In this document: positions 53,476 to 64,000 of the stretch, in pieces
Numbering within the stretch: position 1 is the first letter of the stretch
Layout of the letters: each line of letters starts with the position of its first letter
Assembly: GCF_000143415.4 (NCBI RefSeq)
Contig: NW_003314384.1
Location: forward strand, 62,001 to 126,000
Direction: 5' to 3'
DNA from: Selaginella moellendorffii
Taxonomy: Eukaryota > Plantae > Lycopodiophyta
DNA: 64,000 nucleotides
Notes under the pieces: model-generated
Told to the model about the DNA's origin: nothing
Database searches by the model: none
The model's input: the letters and a program-made list of their open reading frames with translations, nothing else
Translations under genes and position numbers: made by a program

Positions 53476-53706
53476 AGAAATGAGGTGAACACACTAACTT
53501 AGTTTTTCTTCGTTCTAGCAAATAAAACAAATTGTTTAGAATTATATTAAAAAACATATTTTGGCCAACTTGATTTCTGATAATTTGACATTGATCTTTG
53601 TGGGCATGGCATTGGCGACCTCGTGCTGTCATCCAGGTAGGAAAGAAAGAATCGATTCGAGCTCCAATCCACTTCTCCAGGGAAGTTTCGTAGCCCATCC
53701 TCTTCC

Positions 53707-54581
53707 ATGGCGCCGCCTTGCGCTGCTTGCTGGATCGAGTTCCCCAAGCTCAGCATCGCCAAGAACAAGCTCATGACCAGTTTAGCCACGAGGCTCGACC
53801 GGGAGCTGGGTTCGCTCCTCAATCCCACGCTCACGCCGCCGGAAGTCAGGTCTTTCCAGAGCCAGGACGGTGTCTCCCAAGGATCGGTGGTGTTAAGATC
53901 AGGGAAACAAGGCTCCAAGGTACCATTGAAGATTTTGCTTAGAAACTTTTGAGTAAGCAAACTTCCATTGTTCTTTTCTAGATTTGTTTCCTTCTTGGTT
54001 CGTGGCTTCACTCCAGTCTTCCATTCGGGCCTCTCAACATCACGACGCTTCAAACCATTCTAGATCCCGAGATTGATTCTCCTCATCTTTTGGTGGAGTT
54101 GATCCAAACTGGTTACAAGTCACTTGTTCTGTGCGTGGACAACATGCCCCGCAAGGACCTCGTCATGGATCCAGAGTACCTGAAAAGATTTTACGAGGAC
54201 TCAAAGCTGGACGAGCTGCGAGCCAAGCTGGTAAAGCTTCCACAGTGTGAGTACTACGTCTCGCCTTCGCTTTTCGTGCGCGTCATGGCTTCGCCAACTG
54301 CGTTACTGTTAAAGTTTGCCGCAGAGGGCGAGGAAGAACTTGATGGAGTGGTGGAAGAGTCTATCACTCCGTGTGTGGAGGAGGCGGTCTCCATATGGCT
54401 GCACGGGTTCACGGAGCTGGGAAGGACTTTGACGAGTGAAGCCCAGATAAGTTCTCTCCGGGAAAGAGACGACATGATGAGGAAGAATTCCGTGGAGGTG
54501 GATTTAGGTGCAAACATGCCGAGGCTCTTCGGGCAGGAAACTACAGATCGAGTCATCGCAGCAGTGATCAAAGGAGAATGA
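53707..54581 (+). CDS. RCCR: Red chlorophyll catabolite reductase-like, intron 53920-53981
   Basis: ICFLLGSWLHSSLPFGPLNITTL, SPHLLVELIQ, PRKDLVMDPEYLKRFYED, SPSLFVR, EVDLGANMPRLFG. Confidence 0.85.
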
Positions 54582-54759
54582 AAAGATTGTGGAGAAGCCT
54601 CGCAATGAGAAAGACGCCTGTTGAGCGGTTGCAACTCACACAGAAAAGTCTGAGATTCACGTTTTTATATCTATATATCGTTGAAAGTTTTCTAGTGGAT
54701 ACGGACTCTTTGCCTGTGAGCCACTGTAAAAACAGGCCGCTACCGTGGTAATGTACCAT

Positions 54760-55340
54760 GGACGACCAGGTAACCACTTCCTGCTGGGCTAGGCTGAGGT
54801 TTGCTTGGCTTTGTCCAGGCATTCGTTCTGAGCGTAGGCCATGAGCATGCAATTCCACGACACTGGAGTCCGATGATACATCTCATCAAAACATCGCTTC
54901 GATTCAATGATCTTTCCATTTGTGCCGCAACGTAGCAACACCTCGGTGTAAGTCATGGCGCTTCTTCCCGGCATTCTTTCAAAGAGATGGTTCACGGAGT
55001 CAAAATGCCCATTTGAGGCATAAGCTAATTCTCTTGTTAAAGACAAATGATGCCGATACTATATCTTCCTTTTGTGAGTATGTGCCTACAAGTGTGTTCC
55101 AAGCAGCATTGGGATCCTTGGCATAAAAGCTCTCTTCTAGATATGCTGTTAAATAGCCCCAGGAACAAGGATCTATACATGGCATTCTAGAAAAGAGTCC
55201 AGAGCTTGTGCTTGCAACAGATTAAGTTTATCGAAGGCGCTTGCTCCATATACCCATGTTGGGCATATCCGGCTATCATGAGAAAATATCTTTTCATAAT
55301 CGAGGTCTGGAACGCCATCATTTCTGCATTTGCCCAAACA
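54760..55340 (-). pseudogene. PPR gene fragments
   Basis: LFERMPGRS.., FDEMYHRTPVSWNCMLMAYAQN, AWNTLVGTYSQ in broken frames. Confidence 0.7.
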
Positions 55341-56693
55341 ACCAGTACTAGTGCTGGTTCTTTTCTAGTCAGACTCTTGGAAACTTTTCGTAGAGTTGTG
55401 CTCCTGGTGTACAGGAATCACTGTATTGGATCTAGGGGAGATTATTTCTCCACGACTCGTTGTCCTCTCGTTCACGAGATTTCCTCTCCTCTTCCGCTAG
55501 CCACAGTCCCTCTCGCGCCTTGAATCCCCTGAGCATCTGCTCGAAGTGCCCCAGCTCAAAGTTGAGTTGAAGAGCGGCTAGCAGGCAGTCGGCCAGCCCA
55601 TAACGTCCGGCTTGCAATACCCGCCATCCGCCGCAAACTCTTTGGCAGCCTCCAGCCACCAGTCGTCATAATCCAGGCGCGAACAAAACTCCCACGACAT
55701 GACTTCACGCACGTTTTTATGCATGAAGTAAAGGTTTTACCAAAGTGCTCTAAGCTAAATTAAAACAATAGAGTTCTAACTAAAAGTTCTTACAAATGAC
55801 TTAGAGCAACTTATTCCTCGTGAGATTTAGACAAGGTGATAGCCAACATGACCACATAATTATTTTGCATTTTTCAAAGTAGTAGACTTTCAAAAGTTCA
55901 TTCTTTAGTGTTTATTAGTTATACTTCTCAATGATTTACCAATTGATTGTAAGTTTACTTGGATCTAACTTTCTATTTTCTAAATAAAGATTAGGTTAAT
56001 TGATGCTTTTGAATGCAATCTTATATGACTCTATGACTCATGATGGATTGAAGTGAAATATAACTTGGACACATATGCATAAGCAACAAAATGGGACTTG
56101 ACACTGAATAAATGGATAAATTGATGAGCAAATGATCAGTATGAATGAATGAATGGAAGCATGGAAGCATCTAAAACTACAACAGTTTTAAAACATCTAA
56201 CATCCCAACAATATACAAAATAGAGCCAAATAAAATTTGGTGTTATTTAAATATACCAATGGCTTAATATAAAGAGATGAATATTCCACTAACTAGTATG
56301 GTATGGAACTTGGGTTTAGACCCAAACTAAATACAAAAGATAAACATGCTCAGTTGTTTTAAGTGGTTGCTTATATTTGATTTATTCTTACTATACTAGG
56401 AAATAGTTTTTGGGACAAACTTAAGAACTTTCTAAATATTATTGAATATTTATATATATATATATATAAAGAAAATTAAAAATAAACTATAATAATATTT
56501 TCAGTCAAAATGATAAAAACATTTATTCAGTTACTAACATAAATACCTAATTCTTTTATAAAAGTTAAAATAAATTTATTTTATATAACTAAATATAAAA
56601 TTATTTAATATCATTATTTTTCTTATAGCTTTAGCAAATTCTAATAAGTGATTATATATATATATATATATAAAATTTTGTGAGTGCTCAAGA

Positions 56694-59073
56694 TATAGAA
56701 ATAGGTATATTAATTGGGGTTTAGACCCCTATTTATATATAAAAATGGATGGACTAGATTCAATCCTAAATGGACAGTCTATGCTATAATATTATAATTA
56801 GTGTATTACCTAATTAAGGTAATATATGTATATACATATATATGTATTTCAAACCTTACACCATCCTCATCCATATGATGGCAATAAGTTAGGTGGAACA
56901 TTTGGACCTTCTATTAGAAGACTATAAACTAGCATAAGATTCTAAAGCTCCCACAAAACTACCAATAAAGTTGTTGACAACCATGATTAAAACAAAACTT
57001 AAAGCTATAGCATAAACATCAGTTGACTATAGAATCTTGAAGAACTAATTGCAACTTTATATGCAACTACTAAATGCTTAAACCAACCTTGAAGTTATAA
57101 CTTTGAACCAAAACAAAAAACTTCAAAAACCACTACAATTCATGAAATGCCATTGCCACAAATGATATATTCCTTGTTTAAATCTACCCACCAATAATTC
57201 TTTGAGACCACTATTAAGTCGGACTTACAACCATAAGTAGAACTTGCATTTTTATTGGACTCACGACTATAAGTAAAGCTTACCTCCTTATCTTTGTATA
57301 ACATTGCATATGGAAGATTAAATTCACTCCATTTGTTTTCCATATCCTCCTTATCCCCTCCTCAAAAGAAAAAGAGTTTTGAAGCATTTACTCTATTCAG
57401 ACTCATTGCACTTGTTTTTACTCTACCATTTATATTCAGCTTCACTTCACTATTGCATTTGTTTAGCCTCATTACGTTGGGGTTGGGTGTTCTATTCGAA
57501 CTTGCTATGCTCATTCTTATTTTATAATCCATATAATTTGTCTTTGCTTCACTATTATATTTATTCATTTTCACTCCATTATCAAGGTTATACTCTTGTC
57601 TATCCTCTCTACCCCCTCTTCTGAAGAAAAAAAAAATTGAAGTGATAGGGCAAAATGGAGAAAACAAGAAAAATTAAGGAAAAATAATTGTGGAAGAAGT
57701 AAAAGTAGATAAAGAAGCATTAGAAAAAGAATTTGCAACAACTGATAATACAAAAATAGGGAAATAAAAAAAAGGATATGTGCTCAAAGCTTGAAAAATA
57801 GGAGACTTTCTATCATAAAATACTTCAACCATCAGCAAAAGATTCATGTTGCTCAACCTCCTCAATATACAACTCAACACTTGAGATGGGAAAATCAATA
57901 ACAATGTTCACACTCTCAAGGCAATACATAAACTCCTCAGGAATAATAGTAAAGCAAATTGTTTTAGTGGCACTCAAAAGTGAGGACATGTATTCACCCT
58001 GAAACTGTAGCCAAAATGATTCAAGCCTTGAAACAGGAGAATACTCAACATTAAGATTAATCCAAGACTCTACCAATGAAACAAACATAAGATTTTAAAT
58101 TTCATGCATATACTCAATATTTAGATTAGTATAAAGAAGATAGAAAACACTCAACTTAACACTGGATTGAGACTAAAAATTATAAGAGTCAGAAATGATT
58201 AATGTGCAAAGAGAAAGAAATATTGTAAATAAGGAAGGAACACTAGGAACATAACAAGGTGGCTCAATCTAAGAAATAAAAAAAGGTTGGGAAAGAGTAA
58301 AAAGTAAAGAGAAAGGATTAAATGGTAGATTAAAAGATTGATACTTACCCCATGAAATCTCTACTTCATCTTTAAAGCTATCTTCATAATAATTAAACTC
58401 GTCAAAATGATCTAAAATCCACTCAAGCTCATACACATCATCTTTCCATAAATTTAATCCTCAAACATTTTCTACAAATTGAGTTGCATCATCCATAGCT
58501 CGCCAATTGATGTCATAATCATACTCTATATTAATGGGAAATGGTAAAACACTGAAAATAGTATAAGTTATGTAATCACATCCTATGGAAGTTAGAGATG
58601 GCAACACATTAAGAACAGGCACAACACTAACATGAGCACACCCCACAACACCAAAAGTTTAATCCAATAGAGTAGCATTAGTGATCTTAAGTGATATACT
58701 CTTTGATCGATGACGGCATGGCATGGTAGGAGAAGAGAATGTAATAAAGATTAAAAAAAAAAAAGAGAGTAAATCTAAGCACAACAATAGCTAGAATTCT
58801 AGATTTTACAAAAAAACTAATACAGATTTAAATCCAAAAGAGAATGAAGAAATAAAATAAAAAAACACAATTCTAACCACTAGAGTAAAGCATTATTAAA
58901 AAATCTTGCCTTTCAAGGTTAAACTGTAGTTCCCCTCCACCAATATAGGAATAAATATATTAATTGGAGTTTAAACCTTTATTTATATAGAAGAATGAAT
59001 AGATTAAATTTAGTCCCAAATAGACAGTCCATATGTTATAGTATTATAATTAATGTATTATCTAGCTAAGGTA

Positions 59074-59151
<78 letters not shown>

Positions 59152-59180
59152 GTATGTATATATATATATATATATGTATG

Positions 59181-59211
<31 letters not shown>

Positions 59212-59297
59212 GTATATATATGTATATATATGTATCTATATGTATCTATATGTATCTATACATACATACATACATACATATACAGTTTTATATTACA
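56694..59297 (-). mobile_element. Decayed small non-autonomous LTR element (TRIM/LARD-like) with microsatellite-containing LTRs
   Basis: Direct repeats 56694-56860 and 58944-~59297. PBS-like TGGTGGAGGGGAAC (58929-58942, minus strand) abuts one repeat; PPT-like GGATGAGGATGG precedes TGTAAGG at 56860. No clean TSD. Confidence 0.6.
59079..59284. repeat. (TA)n / (TATG)n compound microsatellite
   Basis: Direct reading. Confidence 0.97.
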
Positions 59298-59668
59298 GTT
59301 GTATTACATAAATATGAATTATTATTATTGTGTTTAGTTTCATATTCTCTAATTTAAATTTATATCTATTCTTAATTTTTTTTAAAATTATTTTATATTA
59401 GAAAAATTATTATTCTTTGTTTGATGTTATCTCTTAAATAAGTAATAAGATCATTTAAACTCAATATAAATTTTATGAAAATTAAAACTTACAAATATTT
59501 TTAGAAATTTGTATTCGTCAGAATCTGACGGTTCAAAAGCACTGACGTGGCTGGTTTCCGTTGTAAGTTCGAACGGTTTAAAGTTTTCCCGCTTTCAAAA
59601 GCTAGGGCTCGAGGAAGTGAGGGCGGCGCGTCAAGAGGTGAGCAAGATTTCGGGGATCTCTGTCCAAG

Positions 59669-60604
59669 ATGAACGATCTGCTGAGGTCTAGCCTCAGATC
59701 CAGCCAGAGCTACCTGGATCTCAAGCGCGATGTGCTGAGGGATCTGGAGGCAGGGCCAGAGATGGAGCTAGGGTCGCTGGAGACGGAGAAGAACCTGGAG
59801 CATTTTTTCGACGAGGTCGAGCAGATCAACATCGGGATGGAGAAGATCCAGCAGCTCCTGTCCAAGCTCCAGGACGCGAACGAGGAGAGCCGAGGAATCT
59901 ACAAGGCGCTGGCGATGAAGGCGATCCGGGACAGGATGGACAAGGACGTGTTGGAGGTGCTGCGGCTGGCGAAATCCATCAAGGACCGGCTCGAGGAGCT
60001 GGACAAGGCCAACATTGTCAACAGGAAGATCCCTGGCTGCGAGCAAGGCACCCCGGCAGATCGCACAAGGATGTCCATCACCATGAGCCTGAGGATGAAG
60101 CTCAAGGATCTCATGGGCGATTTTCAAGCTCTCCGCCAGAAAATGATGGGTGAGTACCGCGAGACCGTGGAGAGGAGGTACTTCACAGTGACTGGGCACC
60201 AGGCCGACGAGGAGACGATCGAGAAGATAATCGAGACCGGGGAAAGTGAGGTGTTCGTCCAGAGGGCGATCCAGGATCAGGGTCGCGGCCAGGTGCTGGA
60301 AACCATTCGGGAGATCCAGGAGAGGCACGATGCTGTCAAGGAGATCGAGAAGAACTTGCTGGAGCTCCACCAGATCTTTCTCGACATGGCTGTGCTGGTG
60401 GAAGCTCAGGGGGAGCAACTCAACGATATTGAGAGGCATATGAGCATGGCTGCCAACTACGTGGACAAGGGGAACTCGCAGCTCCACTACGCCAAGCAGC
60501 ACCAGAGGAGCTCCCGGAAGTGCACGCTCATTGCGATCATCCTGCTGCTGGTGGTGCTCATGGTTGTGGTCATCCCGGTTGTGACCAGCTTCAAGAGTGC
60601 TTGA
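59669..60604 (+). CDS. Plasma-membrane syntaxin (SYP1 family, Qa-SNARE), intronless
   Basis: YRETVERRYFTVTG, EIQERHDAVKEIEKNLLELHQIFLDMAVLVEAQGEQLNDIE, C-terminal TM helix. Confidence 0.95.
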   Translation: MNDLLRSSLRSSQSYLDLKRDVLRDLEAGPEMELGSLETEKNLEHFFDEVEQINIGMEKIQQLLSKLQDANEESRGIYKALAMKAIRDRMDKDVLEVLRLAKSIKDRLEELDKANIVNRKIPGCEQGTPADRTRMSITMSLRMKLKDLMGDFQALRQKMMGEYRETVERRYFTVTGHQADEETIEKIIETGESEVFVQRAIQDQGRGQVLETIREIQERHDAVKEIEKNLLELHQIFLDMAVLVEAQGEQLNDIERHMSMAANYVDKGNSQLHYAKQHQRSSRKCTLIAIILLLVVLMVVVIPVVTSFKSA

Positions 60605-60938
60605 GCGACCTTTACAGACATCACCACTGCTACCATCGAGGTATTCCTTTCTTTTTCTTTTTCTTTCTCTTTCATTTCGTTCTCTTGCATTTTGGAAGCT
60701 TGCTGGTCTGATAGTTCCAGGCTATCTTGTCCAGGGGTTTCTAGAGAAGTCACCAACGACTATGTTGCTACCTAGCTACGAGCTTGTTGAATAAACAGAG
60801 CGCCCGATTTGGTTCTTTTCATTGTCACGGGGTCTACCGATTTGTTCTAATCCAGTTTGTTCTACCCGATCTTACAGACAGATTGCAACACAGTCGTTTC
60901 GTCTCGTAACAAAGACCACTTGTATGTAATTGGTTTTC

Positions 60939-63068
60939 TTACACTGCTAAGCTACGATAATATCTTTTACTTTGTGCAGCCGGCCGCATCAACAGCTCTT
61001 CCAGGGTGCTCGTTTTGCGTACCAAAGGCTTCCCAGTCTCTCGGAGCATTTGCTCGAGCCTGAGTCTCTCGTCCACTACGTCGGGATGAACGGTACCGAG
61101 CCTTTCTTCTTGGGAGCGAAGCACCACTTGGAGCAAGTCAATAGCATCTTCGACTCTGGAAAAAAAACAGAAAAAGAAAAGAGAGGTCAGTCAAGTTCAA
61201 GTTGGTGGTGATAAATCTGACAGGAATTCAACCTTCCAAGAGCGTCGTATCCACCGGCAAGATTGCTGCAAACTGCAATGGTGTCTGGATGGTAGACTCC
61301 GCAAGCTTCTGCAAGTACATGCTGTGCCTCCTCCAGCACTGCTACTGCCTCGTGAATTTGCTCCAGCTCAAACAAGGCAAGTCCCATCTGGTTGAGCAAA
61401 ACTCCCAGCATTAACGTGTTGGTTTCACCTGCAGATCGGAGCTTGTCCACTGCGCTGCTGAAAGCCGAGTGAGACTCCGAGAAGTTGCCCATAATGTAGT
61501 ACAAAACTCCCATCTGTGCTTCAATCCCCGCTGCCGACCGAGGTTCTCCCGGTATGTTTTTAATGCTTTCCAGCGCCTTTCTCAGCAAGCACATAGCCTG
61601 TTCCCTCTCGCTCAAAGCTTCGTAAATTGCCGCAACGTCCGTCAAACCAGCTGCTAGTTCATCTGCCGGATGTCCCTGTTTCCCGTATATCATGATTGCG
61701 TTTTCGCAGTACACCTTCGCGTCTCTCATCTTCCCGGCTTTCAGATAGAGTTCCCCCAGGCTTACGTACATTGAAGCGACGGAAGCATGGCTCGCTCCGT
61801 TGAGTTGCTTGAATGCCGCTAGAGCTTTTTGGTACGAGAAGACGGCCTCGTCGAATCGGCCCAAGGCAACGTAGCAATCGCCGATGCTGGCGTCTATGGA
61901 AGCGACAGCGGCACTCTGTCCTCGAGAGCTCATTGCCGTGCTTGCATACACCAAATGCTCCAGTGCTGCTTCGTGCTCGCCTTTGCCACTTTGGATGAGA
62001 GCCATCAACCTCCTGTCTACTGCTTCTTCCATCGAGCCGGCAGGACTCTTTTCTGCGTGGATTTTCAGCATTTGCTGGCACAGTTCTTCGGCATCCTCGA
62101 ACTGCATCGCCTGTTTATCTCACACAGTAAGTACCGAGTTTTCTCTGTGCAAATTCCTGATTTACCTGCAGGTATGCTTCAGCAAGATATCGACATGTCT
62201 CCCCAACTTGAGGGTCCATTTCTCCAACCGCCTTCTTCTGAACGGTGAGAGCATTTCGGTAGCTTTCGAGCGCTTGAACTTGCTTGCCTAACTTCGTATA
62301 AGTGTCTCCAAGCTGCATGTATCCCGCGAACGCTGCCAGCGAGTACTCCGCCCCTGCTTCTGCTATCCACTCCATTGGAAGGCTTTGCAAAGTCTTCTCC
62401 AGAGCTTCGACTGCCTCCCAGTGTTTACCCATCCTGCACTGCGCTGCTGCTACAATGTGCAAGCTCATCACCAGCTCCAAGCTCGGCTTTCCATCCGAAG
62501 AGTTGGCCTCCAACATCTTGGCAGCTCGGGAAGCATAGTCGAGAGTTTTCGACGGCTTGTCACCGGAGATATGGCTCGATTTGGCCAGCTTGAGCAAGTA
62601 GAGTGCTCTCCCTGGGCTCCCCGGAGGCTTTGGAGTCGGACTGGGAATCTGGGACTCCATTTCCACCGGAGAGACAACCTTCTGCAGCTGCTGAGGAGGA
62701 GGAGTCTTCGTTCTTGTCGGAGGCTGCTTTGTCGGTAACTTTTCCATTTGCTGCCGTGATATTTTTTTCTGATGAACAGGAGTCTCTATGTCTTTCAGCG
62801 GAGTCTCGGCTCCTTGAGCTGCTGGGTCCTGAGATTTTGGAGCACCAGAAGAATCGGTCCGCTTGTTCTCAGCTGGATTGGCATTTTCTTCTTCCTTCTC
62901 CAGGTGACTTACTTGATCGGCATTGTTGTTACCTGTGGCTTTGACGAGCTTCGTCTTGTGCAGCGCTTTGGGGCCAGCCGGATCCTTGACGTCCTTCTTC
63001 TTCTTCTTGCCAGCCGCGTCTTCGCTCGATTGCTGGCGCTCCATTCCCATCTCCCGCTGCTCGCTCAC
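60939..63068 (-). CDS. Kinesin light chain-related TPR protein (KLCR/CMU-like), 3 exons
   Basis: LELVMSLHIVAA, FAGYMQLGDTY, VGETCRYLAEAYLQ/AMQFEDAEELC, AGIEAQMGV, CGVYHPDT..V.SNLAG.YDALGR, EERLGTVHPDV. Confidence 0.92.
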
Positions 63069-64000
63069 TGGCCTCTCAGCTCCGAGAGGAGAAATCCCCC
63101 AATTCTTTTGGACCCACGAACGAGGTAGGCAATGAAATCTCTCGATTCAAACAGGGAAAAATGGGAATGTTTCTGTTACCTTGCAGATCCAACGCGCTAG
63201 CCGAAGAAATTGCCGTCGCCACAAGTCTTCGGGGAATATCCGGCCGTCTCGGAACCTCCGGAAGAGCAAACATGCCTTTAGGTACGAAAAAAAGAGGCAG
63301 AAAACAAGAAAAAAAAACCACCGTTACAAAACGACTGAGCTCTTGTCACTTGAAGAAATGATCCAGCTTTAAAGTCAATGCAGTGGCGATTATCATTCAT
63401 TCTCCAACCTTTAAGTTTAGAGATTAGAAAACCACTCCCTCCACTTTGTTCCTTCGTTTCAAACAATCGCTATGTAGATTAAGATCACGAGAAACGCACG
63501 TACTCAACTAGGCCAACTTTCTACTTTGAAAAGAAGAGCCCTTCCTCCCAACCAGGTTGCCCATGCATGCAATTAAGAAGCTTGGCTTGTCACGCATGAA
63601 ACTGGAAAGGTGGTAGGGCAAAGTCTTTTTCTTTGTTTAAAGAGCAAACTTGCACATTCCACGTGGGAGGATATAACATCAGTGTCTGGGTGGCTGGCTA
63701 TATATCAATTGTTTGTAACAAGGACACTAGCTCCTCTTTCTTGGCTCTTGAATGGATGTGTGGGAAAAGAAAGTGCCACGGCTCTGTCAAGAAAGCAGGA
63801 AAAATACTTTGATATGGAATTGGGGTCTTTGGGGTACGGCAGCCAAGTGCAAATTCTAGTCAGGGTGACACATGGGTGCCACGTCCGTACCACATGCATA
63901 TTGGCAGAAAAGTCCACCAACTTTTCATTGACTTGACTGGTCAAGTTTATATGTGTATATTATGGAAATAATGCGGCTTATTTCTCATCTCTGGCCCCAT

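Noticed and set aside
55432-55700. Short GC-rich minus-strand ORF
   Set aside because: No clear start or recognisable domain; possibly a gene fragment, but unsupported.
59053-59357. (YI)n ORFs
   Set aside because: Microsatellite translation.

Overview
Eukaryotic (land-plant) genomic DNA. The very short introns (about 45-65 nt), tight gene packing and PLS-type PPR genes suggest a lycophyte such as Selaginella; this is inference. Bases 1-22.7 kb are a stack of mobile elements. (i) A large DNA transposon, cut by the left window edge, carries a ~1,000-aa DDD-type (DUF7869/Sola-like) transposase, a divergently transcribed spliced gene with a ParB/Srx-like domain, and at least 14 dispersed copies of a 22-bp palindrome. 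(ii) Three Ty3/gypsy chromoviruses follow, one nested with a 5-bp TSD and a self-priming-type PBS. Bases 23.9-63 kb are gene-dense: SET/LSMT-like methyltransferase, trihelix-UMP kinase fusion, SBDS pseudogene, a Crinkler/RHS-type NTPase-PHD-nuclease-HeH gene, SBDS, IVD, a B-lectin gene plus pseudogene, ThrRS, RopGEF, LysM protein, PPR, DUF538, LRR-RLK, RCCR, a decayed small LTR element, syntaxin and a KLCR/TPR protein. The best candidate for an undescribed system is the transposase + ParB-like gene + dispersed parS-like palindromes. The second is the CRN-like nuclease carrying a PHD finger. All domain calls come from motif recognition by eye; no database search was run.
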